From IMG/VR virus record IMGVR_UViG_3300044627_003356: DNA of 64,000 bases, one strand, 5' to 3'. Position 1 is the stretch's first letter. Every line of letters begins with the position of its first letter. Positions 28,262-36,599 of the stretch are shown here, piece after piece. The notes under the pieces were generated by a model. The model did not search any database, was not told where the DNA came from, and saw only the letters and a program-made list of their open reading frames with translations. Source of the DNA: a virus. The translations under genes were made by a program, and so were the position numbers.

Positions 28262-29353
28262 TTATTGTAAATCTATTGGATTTTCTTGTTCTATATGTAG
28301 GTCATCACGTCCAACTTGTTCCGTAACATCACCAACAAAATCTGGCGGTAAAACTAATCCTTCTTCAATATACGGTGCTTCTGATATTTGTGTTGTTACA
28401 ACATACGGTGTATTCACATTTGCATCCGTTGGCATTGGTGTGGTATCTATTTGCACCAACTTCTGTGCTATAGGTGAGAATGATGTAAACACATAGTTTG
28501 CACTGCCACTCGTGGACTGTATTGGTAAGTTCGACACAAAATTACCATTGATGTTTTTTAATTGTAAAATATTATTATTAAATGAAACCACTTTACCTGT
28601 GGCTATTGCCAGTGGTGCAGAGTAACCTTGATAAACTGTTTCACCAATCTGATATGTTCCAACTCCAGAACTAGGATTCATCGTAAACTGCACAATATCT
28701 TCTTCTGTAATTTGATTATAGATTGAAGTGATTGAGTGTGTAATTGGTCCACCAGTATCGGTGATTTTACCAAAGATGTGTCCTTTAACGGTGAAATTGA
28801 GTGTCCAAATAATAACTCTGGTATCTCTTTCGTAGTCACCTTCATAGTCAATATCTTGTGAAGTTGAATTGAGTACGATAGGAACATCTTTAACAATACC
28901 CATCTCAGGTATCATATTCAACTTCATTGTATAATCTGGAGTAAAGTAAGATAATACATGTTCAATGATTTGTGTACCATCTTCAATATTTCTGACATAC
29001 AGATATAAATTAAAATCAAAATTATACGGAACAGGATTATATTGTGACACCAAACCAGCACTAGTTTGTGCAAAGTTTTTAATATTGGTGTTTAATTTTC
29101 TAGTAGTATCGTAATTAAATCCTGTTAATTCAAACGACATTCTTGGCAATGTAATTTGCGTTTTTTTATTTAAATTTGGATCGGTTTCTAAACGAGTAAC
29201 ATAAGTTTCTTTTGGAGCATATACAATTGGCACAATCATTCGTTGCGCTTCAGAGAAATCTGGATTATATCGCACTAAGGTAATGTCGTTGAACAAATTA
29301 CCAAAACCTATTACATACTTTCTTAAAGCACGGTTATAAAAAGTATTGGCCAT
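28262..29353 (-). CDS. gp15: tail sheath stabiliser/terminator with C-terminal extension
   Basis: RKYVIGFGNLFNDI, VPI.YAPKE, TLPRMSFE, PVPYN, QIIE..L.YF.P. Confidence 0.93.
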   Translation of the reverse strand: MANTFYNRALRKYVIGFGNLFNDITLVRYNPDFSEAQRMIVPIVYAPKETYVTRLETDPNLNKKTQITLPRMSFELTGFNYDTTRKLNTNIKNFAQTSAGLVSQYNPVPYNFDFNLYLYVRNIEDGTQIIEHVLSYFTPDYTMKLNMIPEMGIVKDVPIVLNSTSQDIDYEGDYERDTRVIIWTLNFTVKGHIFGKITDTGGPITHSITSIYNQITEEDIVQFTMNPSSGVGTYQIGETVYQGYSAPLAIATGKVVSFNNNILQLKNINGNFVSNLPIQSTSGSANYVFTSFSPIAQKLVQIDTTPMPTDANVNTPYVVTTQISEAPYIEEGLVLPPDFVGDVTEQVGRDDLHIEQENPIDLQ

Positions 29354-30255
29354 TATATTTGTCCAAATGGATTTGTTTCAGAGAAATTAACAATTGAATT
29401 GGCACTTTGTTCAATAATATAATTATCATAAGTATCATCTTGTACATTGTCACTTAATGGATCATATGAAGATAATGTATATTGTGCATTGCTTGTGGCA
29501 CCAATCAATCTTTGTGGTGAACCATCTATAAACTCACCAGCAATATTGGATACTATCAATGTATTTGATGTTTGTGTGTTGGCTGATTTAATCCAAGTTT
29601 GAACAATTGCAACGGCCGAAGCATTTGCTTGATTGGTTGCGGATTGATAAACAATTTCACCATATTGGTAGTTGCCTGAACCTGCACCAAGATTGAGTTC
29701 AATAGAGTATGTTGCTTGTTTGGCCGCATTATCAATATCAGCCACACCTGTTGCCAACAACTCACTAGAGAACTTAAACTTCTCTAGATGCAATTCATAA
29801 AAGTATTCTATTTTACGGCCTAAGGTATTAAAATCTTTATCTTGGTCAGTAAAGGTAATCTCATACAACTCACCAACACCATTTAAAAATGGAATCCAAA
29901 TTAAATCACCTTCTCGTGGCCGTGTAAATGTGTTTTGTGGAACTCGTTGTGAGAATGTTCGTTTAGAAAGTATAACCTTAGTATGGTTTTTAATTTCAAG
30001 ACCAAACTTAGAGAAAAATTCTTTTTCACCGGTATAGTTGAGTGCTTCAGAAAGATATAGTTCGACAGGAAAAGCGGAAGTAAATTTTTTAACTGGATCT
30101 TCACCGTACAGAAGGTCTCTGGATTGATCGTTATCATTTGAGAGATAATATCCGTCAAATCCCATAATCTTAATGGATTCGACAATGAGGTCTTCCACCA
30201 AACGCTGTTCGGTATATCGAGAATTGTAATTGTTGAAATATTGACTGGTGGCGAT
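29353..30255 (-). CDS. gp14: neck protein (head completion); probable non-canonical start
   Basis: (I)ATSQYFNNY...EQRLVEDLIVESIKIMG, FFSKFGLEI, RPREGDLI, FSETNPFG; gp14-like N-terminus extends to an ATC codon at 30255. Confidence 0.9.
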   Translation of the reverse strand: MATSQYFNNYNSRYTEQRLVEDLIVESIKIMGFDGYYLSNDNDQSRDLLYGEDPVKKFTSAFPVELYLSEALNYTGEKEFFSKFGLEIKNHTKVILSKRTFSQRVPQNTFTRPREGDLIWIPFLNGVGELYEITFTDQDKDFNTLGRKIEYFYELHLEKFKFSSELLATGVADIDNAAKQATYSIELNLGAGSGNYQYGEIVYQSATNQANASAVAIVQTWIKSANTQTSNTLIVSNIAGEFIDGSPQRLIGATSNAQYTLSSYDPLSDNVQDDTYDNYIIEQSANSIVNFSETNPFGQI

Positions 30256-30309
30256 TTTAGGTACCCATTTTCATTGTTATCGTTATTTTTGGTCCATTAG
30301 AGTTTTACC

Positions 30310-31083
30310 TTAATTGAGGAAAAATTCGAGCACGCCTCCATAATTGTTCTCCATATCTTTTTCAAGGTCATCAATTTCTTGCATGGCTTCTTCAAAGATT
30401 TTATCACCATTCAATACAACACCACCTGGTAACTGTATACCACCAAATTTTTTAAGGTTTTCTCCCCATTGGCGTTTAATCAAAGCAGTAGCGTATCGTT
30501 TTAGCCAGCGGTCATTCCAAACACGATTATACACACTTGGATTAATAATAGTGTAACAATCAACAATAACTGGTTGGCCAACTGGAGCTTCTTGGTCACC
30601 CCAAGCCCAATCAGCAAACAATTTTTCTGTGTGCCGTTGATAACGAATTGGAACCTCACCAGTAAATAACTGTTCGAGCATTCTAAGATGCTGCATGGTC
30701 ATGGTATAGTTGATGTATGATGCTGAAGTGAAGTCATACAACTCATTCAGTCTTAATTGATACCTCAAGTCAAACATATTGATGCTTGATTGAGAATCTT
30801 GAAGTGGAAATATACGAGTAACGCCTACAACTTGTGTTGCAGCATTGGCATTATCTCTCACATTACTTAGATCGAGATACCTATTATCGACATCTTCTTG
30901 TGTGATTTCGTGAATGTAATATGTTTTCTGTAAACCATCAAAGTGATAGTCTTGGAAATACTGTAGTGCATCATCAATGCGATCTTCGACTTGGTCTGGA
31001 TCCACATTGATTTCTATGACTGGAAAGCCAAGCTTTCTGAGGCAGTAGTCGGTAAATTGGTCTCTGCTGGTAACGGTGGCCAT
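30310..31083 (-). CDS. gp13: neck protein
   Basis: YCLRKLG.PVIEINVD.DQVEDRIDDALQYF, WLKRYATALIKRQWG.NL.KF.G.QLPGG. Confidence 0.96.
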   Translation of the reverse strand: MATVTSRDQFTDYCLRKLGFPVIEINVDPDQVEDRIDDALQYFQDYHFDGLQKTYYIHEITQEDVDNRYLDLSNVRDNANAATQVVGVTRIFPLQDSQSSINMFDLRYQLRLNELYDFTSASYINYTMTMQHLRMLEQLFTGEVPIRYQRHTEKLFADWAWGDQEAPVGQPVIVDCYTIINPSVYNRVWNDRWLKRYATALIKRQWGENLKKFGGIQLPGGVVLNGDKIFEEAMQEIDDLEKDMENNYGGVLEFFLN

Positions 31084-31104
31084 TAATTTCTCCTAATAAT
31101 GGAC

Positions 31105-31112
31105 TATTTATA
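31105..31112 (-). promoter_or_regulatory. late promoter (gp13 operon)
   Basis: TATAAATA followed by AGGAG SD. Confidence 0.8.
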
Positions 31113-31311
31113 CCTTGCCCCATTTAACTTTATTCCAAAGTCTTTCGTGTAGGTAGTATAATACTGTATTGGAAACAAGTTGTGTTACTCCAATAATACC
31201 AGCAAGAGCAAAACTACCTATCAATAAGTAAGCAATCAAAAAAGTTGCACCCGAACCTGTTATTCGCCAGGTCACGGTTTTAACCAGACTGCGTTTACTT
31301 GAATCACCCAA
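31108..31311 (-). CDS. small membrane protein, DUF2061-like
   Basis: RSLVKTVTWRI...LYYLHERLW.KV.WG; probable TTG start at 31311 overlapping the upstream gene end. Confidence 0.8.
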   Translation of the reverse strand: MGDSSKRSLVKTVTWRITGSGATFLIAYLLIGSFALAGIIGVTQLVSNTVLYYLHERLWNKVKWGKV

Positions 31312-32137
31312 GGCCCAACTCTTTTCGAATCTTCGTGGCGGAGATTGAGTGTGTCGCATCATCAAAGGTTTCTTGTTCAATTTTATAACCCACATCACGA
31401 CCATAGGTAATATTCACAATGTTCGGTACCACTTGAATTTCATATTGGCCTTGAAACAATGGATCCAAATCTCGTTTAATGTATGATTTAACTTGTTCAA
31501 TAGCAAACGGATTGGATCCTTGCCATCCTTGACAATCACGAATCTGAATAACTACTTGACCTGTTTTGGCAATAGCTCGTTCAAACAATGCACGATGGCC
31601 TGCATGCCAAGGTTGCCATCTTCCCAACATTTGAACCGTTTCTTTTTGCCAATCAAAAGTTGGACGCTTACGGTTTTCAATAATGTGGTTGCCAATAAAC
31701 TCAGCCCACTTTTCTGCATCTTGTTCTGTAATACGGAAGTCATATTGTTCAGGAGGAATAAAAGCTTTATTAGTATCTTCGAAACGGCCTTTGTCAATGG
31801 TGTCTACCCATATTGTCCAGTCAGCTTTAAAGTTGTTTCTCATTTCTACCAATGGTGCCACAAAATCACAGATAACATAATCGCCACCAGCTTCCAAAGC
31901 AAATTGTGCCATTCTTATGGATTGCCGAATACGGCCAACATCAGAGAAGTCCCAATCGTTATACTTTTTTCGAACTTCATCTGCATTAAACCAAGTTACT
32001 TTGGCACCAAAACCTGTGAGTGGTAACATCTCAGCAATATTATTTGTTGTACCATTTTCTTCAAGGTATTTTTTTAATGTTTCGGCCAAATATGTTTTGC
32101 CAGAACCTGGTAATCCCATAATCAAAATCTTTTTCAT
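31304..32137 (-). CDS. adenylylsulfate-kinase-like P-loop domain fused to HxGH nucleotidyltransferase domain
   Basis: GLPGSGKT, NADEVR...DWDFS..GR.RQ, DFVAP (CysC-like); C-domain GRWQPWHAGH...ISATKIR. Confidence 0.8.
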   Translation of the reverse strand: MKKILIMGLPGSGKTYLAETLKKYLEENGTTNNIAEMLPLTGFGAKVTWFNADEVRKKYNDWDFSDVGRIRQSIRMAQFALEAGGDYVICDFVAPLVEMRNNFKADWTIWVDTIDKGRFEDTNKAFIPPEQYDFRITEQDAEKWAEFIGNHIIENRKRPTFDWQKETVQMLGRWQPWHAGHRALFERAIAKTGQVVIQIRDCQGWQGSNPFAIEQVKSYIKRDLDPLFQGQYEIQVVPNIVNITYGRDVGYKIEQETFDDATHSISATKIRKELGLG

Positions 32138-32192
32138 TTGTGTACCTTTATTGTGTTTGCATAATAAATTATTTTTAACTACTTTATAATCA

Positions 32193-32200
32193 TATTTATA
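32193..32200 (-). promoter_or_regulatory. late promoter (APS-kinase-like gene)
   Basis: TATAAATA in the intergenic gap. Confidence 0.65.
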
Positions 32201-32252
32201 TTGATTTAAAAATTGTTTAATGTTGCTTATAATAGTTTTTCTATTATTGCAC

Positions 32253-32846
32253 TTAACTTTGTTTCAAATTTTGTAAAAAGTTAAACGAAATGCTAATTCT
32301 GGTTTTGTTGGAAGTATTTTCACGAACACCGTGATTTAGCCAAGAAGGAAACATAATTAATCGGCCGGGTTTAGGTTGACTGTCAATAATACGGCGAGAG
32401 TTTAAATTTTGCTCATACTGGTATCTAGGCATTGACATCAAACTAACGGATCTAGGATCTTCAAAATATATATGGCCTGACTGGTCATTGCAGGTTACAT
32501 AGTACGCTCCAGACCATAAGCTATTAGGATGAATATGCATGGCATTGCTGGCGCCAGGATAGTTGATGTTGGCCCACATGTTGCCTAGCACAGGTGTGCC
32601 AGCTAAGCCTTCTGCATGATAAATTTCATGTTGCATTTCAATCAGATAATTAACTATGCCAGCAAACTCAACTCGTGTGTGCATATCTGTGGTGCTATGC
32701 CAGCCGAATCGATTGGTTTTGGCCAGGCCTGGATCGCACTTACTCCAAGCCAGAATTTTTTCTTCGAGATCCCGATTGAAGGCCTCAGAATTTGAATAAT
32801 CTTTAAAATATACGGTAGTGGGCCAAAAATTATCTTGCAATAACAT
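32253..32846 (-). CDS. 2OG-Fe(II) oxygenase (TIGR02466-like)
   Basis: GWHS, WANIN..G..N..HIHP...SGAYY, FEDPR, FPSWL.H.V, RISISFN. Confidence 0.88.
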   Translation of the reverse strand: MLLQDNFWPTTVYFKDYSNSEAFNRDLEEKILAWSKCDPGLAKTNRFGWHSTTDMHTRVEFAGIVNYLIEMQHEIYHAEGLAGTPVLGNMWANINYPGASNAMHIHPNSLWSGAYYVTCNDQSGHIYFEDPRSVSLMSMPRYQYEQNLNSRRIIDSQPKPGRLIMFPSWLNHGVRENTSNKTRISISFNFLQNLKQS

Positions 32847-32860
32847 ACAATATCCTCAAA

Positions 32861-33628
32861 TTAAAAAACAATATGACCGTATTTTTTGATTAATCGTTGT
32901 GGCACTTGTTGGCGATATTTATTGTCCATTTGCTGCACACAGTCGGTTCTTATGGTATGCAAATTATATCCAAACACTGTATCGTTGTATTCAACACCAG
33001 CCAAAGAAAATTGATCAAAATTTTTAAAACGATATTCAAATGGTGAAATACCAATAAATTGATGTATGCGGTTCAGTTCTCGTTGAGGATTTTCAACTAG
33101 ATCATTGTAACGTACTATGACACAACGATCTCGATTTTCTGGCTGTGTAAAGTAACGTATACTTTCCAAAGCTCGAGCAATCATGCCATCTTTGGCCATA
33201 ATTTTACTTAGATATTCATCGCATTTTTTTGGTGTGAGGGTTTGTGTTTGTGCCAACACTTTGAGAAAACTAGCAAATATATCTGTAAGATCCCGCACCA
33301 ACAGCACCGCTTTAACCGGCTGTGTCATATAGGTCTCCAGCACCATGGCATTATCTGGAGTGCCAGCTGGACCTCGATCCAGAATAAATTTTTGTGGCCA
33401 GTCCTTATAGTAACTGTCCATGATACCACGCAACACATTGTCCAGGCTGGTATGATCTGGAAAATTTTGAAACACTTCAGTTTCTTTTAGCAAAAAAACT
33501 TCTTTGAATATTTCCAAAGTTATGCTGTTGGCTGTGACTGCCACTTGAGGATTTTGATTAAAGATAGCGCCTAAGAGAGTGTTGCCGGATCTAGGTAGAC
33601 TGACTAAAAAAGTAATATTTTTGCTCAC
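32861..33628 (-). CDS. sulfotransferase family protein
   Basis: PAPS-loop SLPRSGNTLL, LVRD..DIFAS, RYNDLV.NP...L. Confidence 0.85.
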   Translation of the reverse strand: MSKNITFLVSLPRSGNTLLGAIFNQNPQVAVTANSITLEIFKEVFLLKETEVFQNFPDHTSLDNVLRGIMDSYYKDWPQKFILDRGPAGTPDNAMVLETYMTQPVKAVLLVRDLTDIFASFLKVLAQTQTLTPKKCDEYLSKIMAKDGMIARALESIRYFTQPENRDRCVIVRYNDLVENPQRELNRIHQFIGISPFEYRFKNFDQFSLAGVEYNDTVFGYNLHTIRTDCVQQMDNKYRQQVPQRLIKKYGHIVF

Positions 33629-33687
33629 AGTATTGCCAATTTTATTTGTTTAGGTTTAATTTTGGGATTTATAGTTCTCATGATATA

Positions 33688-33716
33688 ATTATAACTCAAA
33701 AGTGGCGGTCAGTCAA
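33688..33716 (-). promoter_or_regulatory. sigma70-type promoter of sulfotransferase/oxygenase
   Basis: TTGACT(33716-11)-N17-TATAAT(33693-88); a TAAATA also lies at 33734-33729. Confidence 0.7.
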
Positions 33717-33727
33717 GACCTCCTAGA

Positions 33728-34504
33728 TTATTTACCGTTTAGGTGGTTTACAGGTACCTTATCAAGATGAGTTAATGTAGTGTTGAGATCCAATGATTGA
33801 TCTTGGCCAAGTTGAGATGTGAATTGGTCAACTTCCAGACTTTGTAACTGTTGTTTTTTTAAACGACTTACAGTATTCAAGGGACCTAACACGTTAATCA
33901 CTTCGGCCTGACTAGAACCTTGTGTTAAAGTAGCTGCCCGATTTTCTAAAGACATTCGCATCGATTCCATCTGATGGGTGTTAACATTCTGCGTGTCAAA
34001 ACCGCCGTTGTCTAGTTCGGATTTAAGTTTGGACCACTGGTCAATTTCACGCACACGATCTTTGGCCACTAGTTCCATGCTGGCACGACCGTAAACTTTT
34101 TCTTCTATTTCAATTTGAATTAATTCACGTTCAAGTTCATCGGTTTCGTCTAACAGTTTTTTTTGTAGTTTTTTAATTTCAACTTCATTTTTTCTGTAAG
34201 AAAAACTTAATTGCATAAGATTTTCAAAAAATACATTTTGTTCACGCACACATTGCCAGTATTTAGCTGCGTCTGTAGGAAATTTGCCATCGTTTAGCAC
34301 ACTAACACGCATTTCAGTTTCGGTGCGAAAAATCTGTTTTTTATTCCAAGTATCTTTAAGTTCAGATTTTAATGCAACCAAAAGATTAAAATCGGCCTGA
34401 TCCAGTATGCTCAACAGGTGATCTTCCTGTGCGGACATAGTTGGTACCACGTTTCTTAGGTTTTTTGGTGTATGTGTAGTCACGATTTTCCTTAATGTAG
34501 TCAC
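33728..34504 (-). CDS. coiled-coil hypothetical protein, possible tip chaperone
   Basis: FRTETEMRVSVLND.KFPT.AAKYWQCVREQ...A.DR.REI..W; start uncertain (GTG 34504 or ATG 34438). Confidence 0.7.
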   Translation of the reverse strand: MTTLRKIVTTHTPKNLRNVVPTMSAQEDHLLSILDQADFNLLVALKSELKDTWNKKQIFRTETEMRVSVLNDGKFPTDAAKYWQCVREQNVFFENLMQLSFSYRKNEVEIKKLQKKLLDETDELERELIQIEIEEKVYGRASMELVAKDRVREIDQWSKLKSELDNGGFDTQNVNTHQMESMRMSLENRAATLTQGSSQAEVINVLGPLNTVSRLKKQQLQSLEVDQFTSQLGQDQSLDLNTTLTHLDKVPVNHLNGK

Positions 34505-34509
34505 TGACT

Positions 34510-34516
34510 TATTTAG
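34510..34516 (-). promoter_or_regulatory. late promoter
   Basis: CTAAATA 5 nt before the GTG. Confidence 0.55.
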
Positions 34517-34547
34517 TCTGAGTATTTTTGGTCACAAAAATTTTTAG

Positions 34548-34574
34548 CCAAAGAAACCAATTTGGTTTCTTTGG
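34548..34574. repeat. perfect 13-bp inverted repeat
   Basis: CCAAAGAAACCAA-T-TTGGTTTCTTTGG. Confidence 0.85.
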
Positions 34575-34626
34575 TTGATGCGGGCGTGGTTATTTTTAAC
34601 TACATATGTGTGCTATGATGACAGCA

Positions 34627-36561
34627 TCAATTGTACTTTTCTGTGGATGCTAGACTTGGGAAACTGCCGGTGCTGCCACCAAACGCTATACCGGTACCGG
34701 CTGCTGTGCCTGCTCCGCCATGTTGGAATCGGCCAGTCGTCAATGATCCAGTTGCGGTCCATGTGGATCCATTGTATGTTAGCGCTGCTGTTAATGCACC
34801 AGCGGAATTGCCGCCAAATATCAATCCATCAGTTTGTGTTCCGCTTCCGGCTGCACCCAATCGACCAGATGGTAAGGCTCCGCCTGCCGACCAGACGGCA
34901 CCGTTCCAATTTTCAGTAGACGTTATTGGCACAAACGAACCGTCAAGGCCGGCTGAGGTTACTGCAGCAGATTGTGTTCCAAACATAGCATTGCTCTGTC
35001 TGCCGGTGGCCAGATTTGTTGGCGGGCCCCCGGTGGACCAACTTGTTCCATCGTATATTACAACTGAATTAAGAACACCTGAGGGCCCCGATTTGCCACC
35101 AACACCCAGTGCTGCTGTCTGAGTTCCGCATCCTCCATGGCCATATCTAGCTGAGCCTAAGGATCCGCCGGAAGCCCATGCACTTCCATCATATTCTTGT
35201 GCAACAGTTAATGGCGCATACGCAGCACCGAGGCCGCCAAATGACAGTCCTGCAGATTGTGTTCCTGCCCCAGCATGATTCATTGTAACCGTTGGCAAAT
35301 TGCCTCCTCCAGACCATGTGGATCCATCATATTCTTCTGTTGCAGCAGATTGTGTGCCAGGGCCTGCTGGGCCCGCAATGTATCCTCCAAAGCCTAGTGT
35401 TGATGTTGGGGTGCCTGCTGCTGCTATCTTATCCCGTCCAGTACTCATGGTGCCGCCGGCAGACCAAGCAAGGACTGGTGGCGGTGGAGGCACGAAAGGT
35501 GTCAATGTTCTTGCAACAATGCTGGTGCGAACCACATCAAAAAATGTATTTGAATTTACTGGAGTTACTAACAAATTTACTATATTTGATGACAAATTAC
35601 TTGATACGGTATATAAACTTGTATTGGAACCTATTGTGTCATATTGAGCGATATAAACATCAGAATCGTTATGGCTTAACATTACTCCCATCGATTGAAC
35701 ATTTTGATAATTAATACCTTGTATAACATATCTGACTGTTCTGTAAAGTAGTGAGGAAAAAGAATCAATAACTTGATTAGCTGTGTTTGATGTTAAATTT
35801 GCTGTCTTGGTGCTTATTGAAGATATATTGATATTAACATTACCAGAAACGGTCAAATTTTGGTTAATTGTGACTGAATCGGTAAATGTGCCGCCCGTGT
35901 TTGCTTTGTTATAGGCACCGTTGGCAGTATCTCTGGCATATTGGTCTGATCCTCCAGTATTTGCTTGGTTATAAGCAGATTGAGCAAACTGATTAACTGC
36001 TGTGATTGTGGTATTTTGATTGCTATTAATAGTTTCAATACTATTCAATCTGGTGTTCTGTGTAAGATCAACACCTTGGATGACAGTGATACTGGTATTC
36101 TGATTGGTGTTAATGGTCTCAATTGAATTAATTCTGGTGTTTTGAGTTGTGTCAACACCTTGAATAATGGTAATGCTATTATTTTGATTGGTGTTAATGG
36201 TCTCAATTGAATTAATTCTGGTGTTTTGAGTTGAGTCTACACCGATGGTTACATTGGCTTGATTATATGCGCCACTCGCTAAACCGTTAGCACCATTGGC
36301 TGTGGTAAAAGCACCAGCTGCTAAACCATTAGCACCATTGGCTGTGGTAAAAGCACCAGCTGCTAAACCGTTAGCACCATTGGCTGTGGTAAACACATCA
36401 GAAACCCTATCATCTCTTGCAAGAATTATACCACCAGCTGTTGATCCATCACCAACAGTAACAGTTTTCTTTTGCGTATCAACAAACAGCTCACCCGATG
36501 CAGGCGTATTTGCAGTAATTTCTGCTGTTGTTCCACGTCTTAGTTGTAGTGTCTTTGCCAT
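34627..36561 (-). CDS. fibre protein: Mtd_N-like head, stalk, Kelch-like beta-propeller tip
   Basis: LQLRRG...GELFVD...VGDG.T.GG; six repeats of GT.T.A..FGG...TEEYDG..W..GG after a poly-Pro linker. Confidence 0.8.
   Translation of the reverse strand: MAKTLQLRRGTTAEITANTPASGELFVDTQKKTVTVGDGSTAGGIILARDDRVSDVFTTANGANGLAAGAFTTANGANGLAAGAFTTANGANGLASGAYNQANVTIGVDSTQNTRINSIETINTNQNNSITIIQGVDTTQNTRINSIETINTNQNTSITVIQGVDLTQNTRLNSIETINSNQNTTITAVNQFAQSAYNQANTGGSDQYARDTANGAYNKANTGGTFTDSVTINQNLTVSGNVNINISSISTKTANLTSNTANQVIDSFSSLLYRTVRYVIQGINYQNVQSMGVMLSHNDSDVYIAQYDTIGSNTSLYTVSSNLSSNIVNLLVTPVNSNTFFDVVRTSIVARTLTPFVPPPPPVLAWSAGGTMSTGRDKIAAAGTPTSTLGFGGYIAGPAGPGTQSAATEEYDGSTWSGGGNLPTVTMNHAGAGTQSAGLSFGGLGAAYAPLTVAQEYDGSAWASGGSLGSARYGHGGCGTQTAALGVGGKSGPSGVLNSVVIYDGTSWSTGGPPTNLATGRQSNAMFGTQSAAVTSAGLDGSFVPITSTENWNGAVWSAGGALPSGRLGAAGSGTQTDGLIFGGNSAGALTAALTYNGSTWTATGSLTTGRFQHGGAGTAAGTGIAFGGSTGSFPSLASTEKYN
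36278..36393 (-). repeat. 42-bp tandem repeat, about 2.8 copies
   Basis: Encodes (F)TTANGANGLAAGA repeats; near-identical DNA. Confidence 0.9.
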
Positions 36562-36591
36562 TTTTACTTAATCCTTGTTATTAGTTATTAG

Positions 36592-36599
36592 TATTTATA
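36592..36599 (-). promoter_or_regulatory. late promoter
   Basis: TATAAATA followed by AAGGA SD. Confidence 0.75.

Noticed and set aside
30256-30297. Group I intron at the start of gp14
   Set aside because: Only 42 nt, with no core structure; too small to self-splice
36030-36393. Tandem repeats as a CRISPR array
   Set aside because: In-frame coding repeats (42 and 84 bp) with no unique spacers and no cas genes
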